Below are positions 37,001 through 52,000 of a DNA stretch of 64,000 nt, piece after piece. Each line of letters begins with the position of its first letter. Position 1 is the stretch's first letter. The notes beneath the pieces were generated by a model. The model was not told where the DNA came from, searched no databases, and saw only the letters and a program-made list of their open reading frames with translations. This DNA is from Nemertoderma westbladi. Taxonomy: Eukaryota > Animalia > Xenacoelomorpha. The DNA lies in contig JAUCBJ010004906.1 of assembly GCA_032718475.1 (NCBI GenBank), positions 37,156 to 101,155 on the forward strand, given 5' to 3'. Made by a program: the position numbers and the translations under genes.

Positions 37001-40000
37001 TACAACCTAAAATAATAGAATACAGAGGAACCAGTACTTGTACAACCTAAAATAATAGAATACAGAGGAACCAGTACTTGTACAACCTAAAATAATAGAA
37101 TACAGAGGAACCAGTACTTGTACAACCTAAAATAATAGAATACAGAGGAACCAGTACTTGTACAACCTAAAATAATAGAATACAGAGGAACCAGTACTTG
37201 TACAACCTAAAATAATAGAATACAGAGGAACCAGTACTTGTACAACCTAAAATAATAGAATACAGAGGAACCAGTACTTGTACAACCTAAAATAATACAA
37301 TACAGAGTGTCCAGTACTTGTACAACCTAAAATAATAGAATACAGAGGAACCAGTACTTGTACAACCTAAAATAATAGAATACAGAGGAACCAGTACTTG
37401 TACAACCTAAAATAATAGAATACAGAGGAACCAGTACTTGTACAACCTAAAATAATAGAATACAGAGGGGCCAGTACTTGTACAACCTAAAATAATAGAA
37501 TACAGAGGAACCAGTACTTGTACAACCTAAAATAATAGAATACAGAGGGGCCAGTACTTGTATAACCTAAAATAATAGAATACAGAGGAACCAGTACTTG
37601 TACAACCTAAAATAATAGAATACAGAGGAACCAGTACTTGTACAACCTAAAATAATAGAATACAGAGGGGCCAGTACTTGTACAACCTAAAATAATAGAA
37701 TACAGAGGAACCAGTACTTGTACAACCTAAAATAATAGAATACAGAGGGGCCAGTACTTGTACAACCTAAAATAATAGAATACAGAGGAACCAGTACTTG
37801 TACAACCTAAAATAATAGAATACAGAGGAACCAGTACTTGTACAACCTAAAATAATAGAATACAGAGGAACCAGTACTTGTACAACCTAAAATAATAGAA
37901 TACAGAGGAACCAGTACTTGAACAACCTAAAATAATAGAATACAGAGGAACCAGTACTTATACAACCTAAAATAATAGAATACAGAGGAACCAGTACTTG
38001 TACAACCTAAAATAATAGAATACAGAGGAACCAGTACTTGTACAACCTAAAATAATAGAATACAGAGGAACCAGTACTTGTACAACCTAAAATAATAGAA
38101 TACAGAGGAACCAGTACTTGTACAACCTAAAATAATAGAATACAGAGGAACCAGTACTTGTACAACCTAAAATAATAGAATACAGAGGAACCAGTACTTG
38201 TACAACCTAAAATAATAGAATACAGAGGAACCAGTACTTGTACAACCTAAAATAATAGAATACAGAGGGGCCAGTACTTGTACAACCTAAAATAATAGAA
38301 TACAGAGTGGCCAGTACTTGTACAACCTAAAATAATAGAATACAGAGGAACCAGTACTTGTACAACCTAAAATAATAGAATACAGAGGAACCAGTACTTG
38401 TACAACCTAAAATAATAGAATACAGAGGAACCAGTACTTGTACAACCCAAAATAATAGAATATAGAGGAACCAGTACTTGTACAACCTAAAATAATAGAA
38501 TACAGAGGAACCAGTACTTGTACAACCTAAAATAATACAATACAGAGGAACCAGTACTTGTACAACCTAAAATAATAGAATACAGAGGAACCAGTACTTG
38601 TACAACCTAAAATAATAGAATACAGAGGAACCAGTACTTGTACAACCTAAAATAATAGAATACAGAGGAACCAGTACTTGTACAACCTAAAATAATAGAA
38701 TACAGAGGAACCAGTACTTGTACAACCTAAAATAATAGAATACAGAGGAACCAGTACTTGTACAACCTAAAATAATAGAATACAGAGGAACCAGTACTTG
38801 TACAACCTAAAATAATAGAATACAGAGGAACCAGTACTTGTACAACCTAAAATAATAGAATACAGAGGAACCAGTACTTGTACAACCTAAAATAATAGAA
38901 TACAGAGGAACCAGTACTTGTACAACCTAAAATAATAGAATACAGAGGAACCAGTACTTGTACAACCTAAAATAATAGAATACAGAGGAACCAGTACTTG
39001 TACAACCTAAAATAATAGAATACAGAGGAACCAGTACTTGTACAACCTAAAATAATAGAATACAGAGGAACCAGTACTTGTACAACCTAAAATAATAGAA
39101 TACAGAGGAACCAGTACTTGTACAACCTAAAATAATAGAATACAGAGGAACCAGTACTTGTACAACCTAAAATAATAGAATACAGAGGAACCAGTACTTG
39201 TACAACCTAAAATAATAGAATACAGAGGAACCAGTACTTGTACAACCTAAAATAATACAATACAGAGTGTCCAGTACTTGTACAACCTAAAATAATAGAA
39301 TACAGAGGAACCAGTACTTGTACAACCTAAAATAATAGAATACAGAGTCTGAACCAGTACTTGTACAACCTAAAATAATAGAATACAGAGTCTGAACCAG
39401 TACTTGTACAACCTAAAATAATAGAATACAGAGGAACCAGTACTTGTACAACCTAAAATAATAGAATACAGAGGAACCAGTACTTGTACAACCTAAAATA
39501 ATAGAATACAGAGGAACCAGTACTTGAACAACCTAAAATAATAGAATACAGAGGAACCAGTACTTGTACAACCTAAAATAATAGAATACAGAGGAACCAG
39601 TACTTGTACAACCTAAAATAATAGAATACAGAGGAACCAGTACTTGTACAACCTAAAATAATAGAATACAGAGGAACCAGTACTTGTACAACCTAAAATA
39701 ATAGAATACAGAGGAACCAGTACTTGTACAACCTAAAATAATAGAATACAGAGGAACCAGTACTTGTACAACCTAAAATAATAGAATACAGAGGGGCCAG
39801 TACTTGTACAACCTAAAATAATAGAATACAGAGTGGCCAGTACTTGTACAACCTAAAATAATAGAATACAGAGGAACCAGTACTTGTACAACCTAAAATA
39901 ATAGAATACAGAGGAACCAGTACTTGTACAACCTAAAATAATAGAATACAGAGGAACCAGTACTTGTACAACCCAAAATAATAGAATATAGAGGAACCAG

Positions 40001-43000
40001 TACTTGTACAACCTAAAATAATAGAATACAGAGGAACCAGTACTTGTACAACCTAAAATAATAGAATACAGAGGAACCAGTACTTGTACAACCTAAAATA
40101 ATAGAATACAGAGGAACCAGTACTTGTACAACCTAAAATAATAGAATACAGAGTCTGAACCAGTACTTGTACAACCTAAAATAATAGAATACAGAGGAAC
40201 CAGTACTTGTACAACCTAAAATAATAGAATACAGAGGAACCAGTACTTGTACAACCTAAAATAATATAATACAGAGGAACCAGTACTTGTACAACCTAAA
40301 ATAATAGAATACAGAGTGGCCAGTACTTGTACAACCTACTACTAGGATCGGCATGCTGCAAATTGTACAACCTAAAATAATAGAATACAGAGGAACCAGT
40401 ACTTGTACAACCTAAAATAATAGAATACAGAGGAACCAGTACTTGTACAACCTAAAATAATAGAATACAGAGGAACCAGTACTTGAACAACCTAAAATAA
40501 TAGAATACAGAGGAACCAGTACTTGTACAACCTAAAATAATAGAATACAGAGGAACCAGTACTTGTACAACCTAAAATAATAGAATACAGAGGAACCAGT
40601 ACTTGTACAACCTAAAATAATAGAATACAGAGGAACCAGTACTTGTACAACCTAAAATAATAGAATACAGAGTCTGAACCAGTACTTGTACAACCTAAAA
40701 TAATAGAATACAGAGTCTGAACCAGTACTTGTACAACCTAAAATAATAGAATACAGAGGAACCAGTACTTGTACAACCTAAAATAATAGAATACAGAGGA
40801 ACCAGTACTTGTACAACCTAAAATAATAGAATACAGAGGAACCAGTACTTGTACAACCTAAAATAATAGAATACAGAGGAACCAGTACTTGTACAACCTA
40901 AAATAATAGAATACAGAGGAACCAGTACTTGTACAACCTAAAATAATAGAATACAGAGGAACCAGTACTTGTACAACCTAAAATAATAGAATACAGAGGA
41001 ACCAGTACTTGTACAACCTAAAATAATAGAATACAGAGGAACCAGTACTTGTACAACCTAAAATAATACAATACAGAGTGTCCAGTACTTGTACAACCTA
41101 AAATAATAGAATACAGAGGAACCAGTACTTGTACAACCTAAAATAATAGAATACAGAGGAACCAGTACTTGTACAACCTAAAATAATAGAATACAGAGGA
41201 ACCAGTACTTGTACAACCTAAAATAATAGAATACAGAGGGGCCAGTACTTGTACAACCTAAAATAATAGAATACAGAGGAACCAGTACTTGTACAACCTA
41301 AAATAATAGAATACAGAGGGGCCAGTACTTGTATAACCTAAAATAATAGAATACAGAGGAACCAGTACTTGTACAACCTAAAATAATAGAATACAGAGGA
41401 ACCAGTACTTGTACAACCTAAAATAATAGAATACAGAGGGGCCAGTACTTGTACAACCTAAAATAATAGAATACAGAGGAACCAGTACTTGTACAACCTA
41501 AAATAATAGAATACAGAGGGGCCAGTACTTGTACAACCTAAAATAATAGAATACAGAGGAACCAGTACTTGTACAACCTAAAATAATAGAATACAGAGGA
41601 ACCAGTACTTGTACAACCTAAAATAATAGAATACAGAGGAACCAGTACTTGTACAACCTAAAATAATAGAATACAGAGGAACCAGTACTTGAACAACCTA
41701 AAATAATAGAATACAGAGGAACCAGTACTTATACAACCTAAAATAATAGAATACAGAGGAACCAGTACTTGTACAACCTAAAATAATAGAATACAGAGGA
41801 ACCAGTACTTGTACAACCTAAAATAATAGAATACAGAGGAACCAGTACTTGTACAACCTAAAATAATAGAATACAGAGGAACCAGTACTTGTACAACCTA
41901 AAATAATAGAATACAGAGGAACCAGTACTTGTACAACCTAAAATAATAGAATACAGAGGAACCAGTACTTGTACAACCTAAAATAATAGAATACAGAGGA
42001 ACCAGTACTTGTACAACCTAAAATAATAGAATACAGAGGGGCCAGTACTTGTACAACCTAAAATAATAGAATACAGAGTGGCCAGTACTTGTACAACCTA
42101 AAATAATAGAATACAGAGGAACCAGTACTTGTACAACCTAAAATAATAGAATACAGAGGAACCAGTACTTGTACAACCTAAAATAATAGAATACAGAGGA
42201 ACCAGTACTTGTACAACCTAAAATAATAGAATATAGAGGAACCAGTACTTGTACAACCTAAAATAATAGAATACAGAGGAACCAGTACTTGTACAACCTA
42301 AAATAATAGAATACAGAGGAACCAGTACTTGTACAACCTAAAATAATAGAATACAGAGGAACCAGTACTTGTACAACCTAAAATAATAGAATACAGAGGA
42401 ACCAGTACTTGTACAACCTAAAATAATAGAATACAGAGGAACCAGTACTTGTACAACCTAAAATAATAGAATACAGAGGAACCAGTACTTGTACAACCTA
42501 AAATAATAGAATACAGAGGAACCAGTACTTGTACAACCTAAAATAATAGAATACAGAGGAACCAGTACTTGTACAACCTAAAATAATAGAATACAGAGGA
42601 ACCAGTACTTGTACAACCTAAAATAATAGAATACAGAGGAACCAGTACTTGTACAACCTAAAATAATAGAATACAGAGGAACCAGTACTTGTACAACCTA
42701 AAATAATAGAATACAGAGGAACCAGTACTTGTACAACCTAAAATAATAGAATACAGAGGAACCAGTACTTGTACAACCTAAAATAATAGAATACAGAGGA
42801 ACCAGTACTTGTACAACCTAAAATAATAGAATACAGAGGAACCAGTACTTGTACAACCTAAAATAATAGAATACAGAGGAACCAGTACTTGTACAACCTA
42901 AAATAATAGAATACAGAGGAACCAGTACTTGTACAACCTAAAATAATAGAATACAGAGGAACCAGTACTTGTACAACCTAAAATAATAGAATACAGAGGA

Positions 43001-46000
43001 ACCAGTACTTGTACAACCTAAAATAATAGAATACAGAGGAACCAGTACTTGTACAACCTAAAATAATAGAATACAGAGGAACCAGTACTTGTACAACCTA
43101 AAATAATAGAATACAGAGTGTCCAGTACTTGTACAACCTAAAATAATAGAATACAGAGGAACCAGTACTTGTACAACCTAAAATAATAGAATACAGAGGA
43201 ACCAGTACTTGTACAACCTAAAATAATAGAATACAGAGGAAACAGTACTTGTACAACCTAAAATAATAGAATACAGAGGGGCCAGTACTTGTACAACCTA
43301 AAATAATAGAATACAGAGGAACCAGTACTTGTACAACCTAAAATAATAGAATACAGAGGGGCCAGTACTTGTACAACCTAAAATAATAGAATACAGAGGA
43401 ACCAGTACTTGTACAACCTAAAATAATAGAATACAGAGGAACCAGTACTTGTACAACCTAAAATAATAGAATACAGAGGAACCAGTACTTGTACAACCTA
43501 AAATAATAGAATACAGAGGGGCCAGTACTTGTACAACCTAAAATAATAGAATACAGAGGAACCAGTACTTGTACAACCTAAAATAATAGAATACAGAGGG
43601 GCCAGTACTTGTACAACCTAAAATAATAGAATACAGAGGAACCAGTACTTGTACAACCTAAAATAATAGAATACAGAGGGGCCAGTACTTGTACAACCTA
43701 AAATAATAGAATACAGAGGAACCAGTACTTGTACAACCTAAAATAATAGAATACAGAGGAACCAGTACTTGTACAACCTAAAATAATAGAATACAGAGGA
43801 ACCAGTACTTGTACAACCTAAAATAATAGAATACAGAGGAATCAGTACTTGAACAACCTAAAATAATAGAATACAGAGGAACCAGTACTTATACAACCTA
43901 AAATAATAGAATACAGAGGAACCAGTACTTGTACAACCTAAAATAATAGAATACAGAGGAACCAGTACTTGTACAACCTAAAATAATAGAATACAGAGGA
44001 ACCAGTACTTGTACAACCTAAAATAATAGAATACAGAGGAACCAGTACTTGTACAACCTAAAATAATAGAATACAGAGGGGCCAGTACTTGTATAACCTA
44101 AAATAATAGAATACAGAGGAACCAGTACTTGTACAACCTAAAATAATAGAATACAGAGGAACCAGTACTTGTACAACCTAAAATAATAGAATACAGAGGG
44201 GCCAGTACTTGTACAACCTAAAATAATAGAATACAGAGGAACCAGTACTTGTACAACCTAAAATAATAGAATACAGAGGGGCCAGTACTTGTACAACCTA
44301 AAATAATAGAATACAGAGGAACCAGTACTTGTACAACCTAAAATAATAGAATACAGAGGAACCAGTACTTGTACAACCTAAAATAATAGAATACAGAGGA
44401 ACCAGTACTTGTACAACCTAAAATAATAGAATACAGAGGAATCAGTACTTGAACAACCTAAAATAATAGAATACAGAGGAACCAGTACTTGTACAACCTA
44501 AAATAATAGAATACAGAGGAACCAGTACTTGTACAACCTAAAATAATAGAATACAGAGGAACCAGTACTTGTACAACCCAAAATAATAGAATATAGAGGA
44601 ACCAGTACTTGTACAACCTAAAATAATAGAATACAGAGGAACCAGTACTTGTACAACCTAAAATAATAGAATATAGAGTGGCCAGTACTTGTACAACCCA
44701 AAATAATAGAATGCAGAGGAACCAGTACTTGTACAACCTAAAATAATAGAATACAGAGGAACCAGTACTTGTACAACCTAAAATAATAGAATACAGAGTC
44801 TGAACCAGTACTTGCACAACCTAAAATAATAGAATACAGAGGAACCAGTACTTGTACAACCTAAAATAATAGAATACAGAGGAACAAGTACTTGTACAAC
44901 CTAAAATAATAGAATACAGAGGAACCAGTACTTGTACAACCTAAAATAATAGAATATAGAGTGGCCAGTACTTGTACAACCCAAAATAATAGAATGCAGA
45001 GGAACCAGTACTTGTACAACCTAAAATAATAGAATACAGAGGAACCAGTACTTGTACAACCTAAAATAATAGAATACAGAGTCTGAACCAGTACTTGTAC
45101 AACCTAAAATAATAGAATATAGAGGAACCAGTACTTGTACAACCTAAAATAATAGAATACAGAGGAACCAGTACTTGTACAACCTAAAATAATAGAATAC
45201 AGAGTCTGAACCAGTACTTGTACAACCTAAAATAATAGAATATAGAGGAACCAGTACTTGTACAACCTAAAATAATAGAATACAGAGGAACAAGTACTTG
45301 TACAACCTAAAATAATAGAATACAGAGGAACCAGTACTTGTACAACCTAAAATAATAGAATATAGAGTGGCCAGTACTTGTACAACCCAAAATAATAGAA
45401 TGCAGAGGAACCAGTACTTGTACAACCTAAAATAATAGAATACAGAGGAACCAGTACTTGTCCAACCTAAAATAATAGAATACAGAGGAACCAGTACTTG
45501 TACAACCTAAAATAATAGAATATAGAGTGGCCAGTACTTGTACAACCTAAAATAATAGAATACAGAGGAACCAGTACTTGTACAACCTAAAATAATAGAA
45601 TACAGAGGAACCAGTACTTGTACAACCTAAAATAATAGAATATAGAGTGGCCAGTACTTGTACAACCTAAAATAATAGAATACAGAGGAACCAGTACTTG
45701 TACAACCTAAAATAATAGAATACAGAGGAACCAGTACTTGTACAACCTAAAATAATAGAATATAGAGTGGCCAGTACTTGTACAACCTAAAATAATAGAA
45801 TACAGAGTAACCAGTACTTGTACAACCCAAAATAATAGAATGCAGAGGAACCAGTACTTGTACAACCTAAAATAATAGAATACAGAGGAACCAGTACTTG
45901 TACAACCTAAAATAATAGAATACAGAGGAACCAGTACTTGTACAACCTAAAATAATAGAATACAGAGGAACCAGTACTTGCACAACCTAAAATAATAGAA

Positions 46001-49000
46001 TACAGAGGAACCAGTACTTGTACAACCTAAAATAATAGAATACAGAGTCTGAACCAGTACTTGTACAACCTAAAATAATAGAATATAGAGGAACCAGTAC
46101 TTGTACAACCTAAAATAATAGAATACAGAGGAACCAGTACTTGCACAACCTAAAATAATAGAATACAGAGGAAACAGTACTTGTACAACCTAAAATAATA
46201 GAATACAGAGTCTGAACCAGTACTTGTACAACCTAAAATAATAGAATACAGAGGAACCAGTACTTGTACAACCTAAAATAATAGAATACAGAGGAACCAG
46301 TACTTGCACAACCTAAAATAATAGAATACAGAGGAACCAGTACTTGTACAACCTAAAATAATAGAATACAGAGGAACCAGTACTTGTACAACCTAAAATA
46401 ATAGAATATAGAGTGGCCAGTACTTGTACAACCTAAAATAATAGAATATAGAGTGGCCAGTACTTGTACAACCTAAAATAATAGAATACAGAGGAACCAC
46501 TACTTGCACAACCTAAAATAATAGAATACAGAGGAACCAGTACTTGTACAACCTAAAATAATAGAATACAGAGGAACCAGTACTTGCACAACCTAAAATA
46601 ATAGAATACAGAGGAACCAGTACTTGTACAACCTAAAATAATAGAATACAGAGGAACCAGTACTTGTACAACCTAAAATTATAAAATACAGAGGAACCAG
46701 TACTTGCACAACCTAAAATAATAGAATACAGAGGAACCAGTACTTGTACAACCTAAAATAATAGAATACAGAGGAACCAGTACTTGTACAACCTAAAATA
46801 ATAGAATACAGAGGAACCAGTACTTGCACAACCTAAAATAATAGAATACAGAGGAACCAGTACTTGTACAACCTAAAATAATAGAATACAGAGTCTGAAC
46901 CAGTACTTATACAACCTAAAATAATAGAATACAGAGGAACCAGTACTTGTACAACCTAAAATAATAGAATACAGAGGAACCAGTACTTGTACAACCTAAA
47001 ATAAAAGAATACAGAGGAACCAGTACTTGCACAACCTAAAATAATAGAATACAGAGGAACCAGTACTTGCACAACCTAAAATAATAGAATACAGAGGAAC
47101 CAGTACTTGTACAACCTAAAATAATAGAATACAGAGGAACCAGTACTTGCACAACCTAAAATAATAGAATACAGAGGAACCAGTACTTGTACAACCTAAA
47201 ATAATAGAATACAGAGGAACCAGTACTTGCACAACCTAAAATAATAGAATACAAAGGAACCAGTACTTGTACAACCTAAAATAATAGAATACAGAGGAAC
47301 CAGTACTTGTACAACCTAAAATAATAGAATACAGAGGAACCAGTACTTGTACAACCTAAAATAATAGAATACAGAGGAACCAGTACTTGTACAACCTAAA
47401 ATAATAGAATACAGAGGAACCAGTACTTGCACAACCTAAAATAATAGAATACAGAGGAACCAGTACTTGCACAACCAAAACAATAGAATATAGAGTGGCC
47501 AGTACTTGTACAACCTAAAATAATAGAATACAGAGGAACCAGTACTTGTACAACCTAAAATAATAGAATATAGAGGAACCAGTACTTGTACAACTTAAAA
47601 TAATATAATACAGAGGAACCAGTACTTGCACAACCTAAAATAATAGAATATAGAGTGGCCAGTACTTGTACAACCTAAAATAATAGAATACAGAGGAACC
47701 AGTACTTGTAAAACCTAAAATAATAGAATACAGAGGAACCAGTACTTGCACAACCTAAAATAATAGAATATAGAGTGGCCAGTACTTGTACAACCTAAAA
47801 TAATAGAATACAGAGGAACCAGTACTTGTACAACCTAAAATAATAGAATACAGAGGAACCAGTACTTGTACAACCTAAAATAATAGAATATAGAGTGGCC
47901 AGTACTTGTACAACCTAAAATAATAGAATACAGAGTGGCCAGTACTTGTACAACCTAAAATAATAGAATACAGAGGAACCAGTACTTGCACAACCTAAAA
48001 TAATAGAATATAGAGTGGCCAGTACTTGTACAACCTAAAATAATAGAATACAGAGGAACCAGTACTTGTACAACCTAAAATAATAGAATACAGAGGAACC
48101 AGTACTTGTACAACCTAAAATAATAGAATACAGAGGAACCAGTACTTGTTCAACCTAAAATAATAGAATACAGAGGAACCAGTACTTGTACAACCTAAAA
48201 TAATAGAATACAGAGGAACCAGTACTTGTACAACCTAAAATAATAGAATACAGAGGGGCCAGTACTTGAACAACCTAAAATAATAGAATACAGAGGAACC
48301 AGTACTTGCACAACCTAAAATAATAGAATACAGAGGAACCAGTACTTGTACAACCTAAAATAATAGAATACAGAGGAACCAGTACTTGCACAACCTAAAA
48401 TAATAGAATACAGAGGAACCAGTACTTGTACAACCTAAAATAATAGAATACAGAGGAACCAGTACTTGTACAATCTAAAATAATAGAATACAGAGGAACC
48501 AGTACTTGTACAACCTAAAATAATAGAATACAGAGGAACCAGTACTTGTACAACCTAAAATAATAGAATACAGAGGAACCAGTACTTGCACAACCTAAAA
48601 TAATAGAATACAGAGGAACCAGTACTTGTACAACCTAAAATAATAGAATAGAGAGGAACCAGTACTTGCACAACCTAAAATAATAGAATACAGAGGAACC
48701 AGTACTTGTACAACCTAAAATAATAGAATACAGAGGAACCAGTACTTGTACAATCTAAAATAATAGAATACAGAGGAACCAGTACTTGTACAACCTAAAA
48801 TAATAGAATACAGAGGAACCAGTACTTGTACAACCTAAAATAATAGAATACAGAGGAACCAGTACTTGCACAACCTAAAATAATAGAATACAGAGGAACC
48901 AGTACTTGTACAACCTAAAATAATAGAATACAGAGGAACCAGTACTTGTACAACCTAAAATAATAGAATACAGAGGAACCAGTACTTGTACAACCTAAAA

Positions 49001-52000
49001 TAATAGAATACAGAGGAACCAGTACTTGCACAACCTAAAATAATAGAATACAGAGGAACCAGTACTTGTACAACCTAAAATAATAGAATACAGAGGAACC
49101 AGTACTTGCACAACCTAAAATAATAGAATACAGAGGAACCAGTACTTGTACAACCTAAAATAATAGAATACAGAGGAACCAGTACTTGCACAACCTAAAA
49201 TAATAGAATACAGAGGAACCAGTACTTGTACAACCTAAAATAATAGAATACAGAGGAACCAGTACTTGTACAACCTAAAATAATAGAATACAGAGGGGCC
49301 AGTACTTGTACAACCTAAAATAATAGAATACAGAGGAACCAGTACTTGTACAACCTCAAATAATAGAATACAGAGGAACCAGTACTTGTACAACCTAAAA
49401 TAATAGAATACAGAGGAACCAGTACTTGCACAACCTAAAATAATAGAATACAGAGTCTGAACCAGTACTTATACAACCTAAAATAATAGAATATAGAGGA
49501 ACCAGTACTTGTACAACCTAAAATAATAGAATACAGAGGAACCAGTACTTGCACAACCTAAAATAATAGAATACAGAGGAACCAGTACTTGTACAACCTA
49601 AAATAATAGAATACAGAGGAACCAGTACTTGTACAACCTAAAATAATAGAATACAGAGGAACCAGTACTTGTACAACCTAAAATAATAGAATACAGAGGA
49701 ACCAGTACTTGCACAACCTAAAATAATAGAATACAGAGGAACCAGTACTTGTACAACCTAAAATAATAGAATACAGAGGAACCAGTACTTGCACAACCTA
49801 AAATAATAGAATGCAGAGGAACCAGTACTTGTACAACCTAAAATAATAGAATACAGAGGAACCAGTACTTGTACAACCTAAAATAATAGAATACAGAGGA
49901 ACCAGTACTTGTACAACCTAAAATAATAGAATACAGAGGAACCAGTACTTGTACAACCTAAAATAATAGAATACAGAGGAACCAGTACTTGTACAACCTA
50001 AAATAATAGAATACAGAGGAACCAGTACTTGTACAACCTAAAATAATAGAATACAGAGGAACCAGTACTTGTACAACCTAAAATAATAGAATACAGAGGA
50101 ACCAGTACTTGTACAACCTAAAATAATAGAATACAGAGGAACCAGTACTTGCACAACCTAAAATAATAGAATACAGAGGAACCAGTACTTGTACAACCTA
50201 AAATAATAGAATACAGAGGAACCAGTACTTGCACAACCTAAAATAATAGAATACAGAGGAACCAGTACTTGTACAACCTAAAATAATAGAATACAGAGGA
50301 ACCAGTACTTGCACAACCTAAAATAATAGAATACAGAGGAACCAGTACTTGTACAACCTAAAATAATAGAATACAGAGGAACCAGTACTTGTACAACCTA
50401 AAATAATAGAATACAGAGGAGCCAGTACTTGTACAACCTAAAATAATAGAATACAGAGGAACCAGTACTTGTACAACCTAAAATAATAGAATACAGAGGA
50501 ACCAGTACTTGTACAACCTAAAATAATAGAATACAGAGGAACCAGTACTTGCACAACCTAAAATAATAGAATACAGAGTCTGAACCAGTACTTATACAAC
50601 CTAAAATAATAGAATATAGAGGAACCAGTACTTGTACAACCTAAAATAATAGAATACAGAGGAACCAGTACTTGCACAACCTAAAATAATAGAATATAGA
50701 GTGGCCAGTACTTGTACAACCTAAAATAATAGAATACAGAGGAACCAGTACTTGTACAACCTAAAATAATAGAATACAGAGGAACCAGTACTTGCACAAC
50801 CTAAAATAATAGAATACAGAGGAACCAGTACTTGTACAACCTAAAATAATAGAATACAGAGGAACCAGTACTTGCACAACCTAAAATAATAGAATACAGA
50901 GGAACCAGTACTTGTACAACCTAAAATAATAGAATACAGAGGAACCAGTACTTGTACAACCTAAAATAATAGAATACAGAGGAACCAGTACTTGTACAAC
51001 CTAAAATAATAGAATACAGAGGAACCAGTACTTGCACAACCTAAAATAATAGAATGCAGAGGAACCAGTACTTGTACAACCTAAAATAATAGAATACAGA
51101 GGAACCAGTACTTGCACAACCTAAAATAATAGAATACAGAGGAACCAGTACTTGTACAACCTAAAAAAATAGAATACAGAGGAACCAGTACTTGCACAAC
51201 CTAAAATAATAGAATACAGAGGAACCAGTACTTGTACAACCTAAAATAATAGAATACAGAGGAACCAGTACTTGTACAATCTAAAATAATAGAATACAGA
51301 GGAACCAGTACTTGTACAACCCAAAATAATAGAATACAGAGGAACCAGTACTTGTACAACCTAAAATAATAGAATACAGAGGAACCAGTACTTGCACAAC
51401 CTAAAATAATAGAATACAGAGGAACCAGTACTTGTACAACCTAAAATAATAGAATACAGAGGAACCAGTACTTGCACAACCTAAAATAATAGAATACAGA
51501 GGAACCAGTACTTGTACAACCTAAAATAATAGAATACAGAGTCTGAACCAGTACTTATACAACCTAAAATAATAGAATACAGAGGAACCAGTACTTGTAC
51601 AACCTAAAATAATAGAATACAGAGGAACCAGTACTTGTACAACCTAAAATAATAGAATACAGAGGAACCAGTACTTGCACAACCTAAAATAATAGAATAC
51701 AGAGGAACCAGTACTTGTACAACCTAAAAAAATAGAATACAGAGGAACCAGTACTTGCACAACCTAAAATAATAGAATACAGAGGAACCAGTACTTGTAC
51801 AACCTAAAATAATAGAATACAGAGGAACCAGTACTTGCACAACCTAAAATAATAGAATACAGAGGAACCAGTACTTGTACAACCTAAAATAATAGAATAC
51901 AGAGGAACCAGTACTTGTACAACCTAAAATAATAGAATACAGAGGGGCCAGTACTTGTACAACCTAAAATAATAGAATACAGAGGAACCAGTACTTGTAC

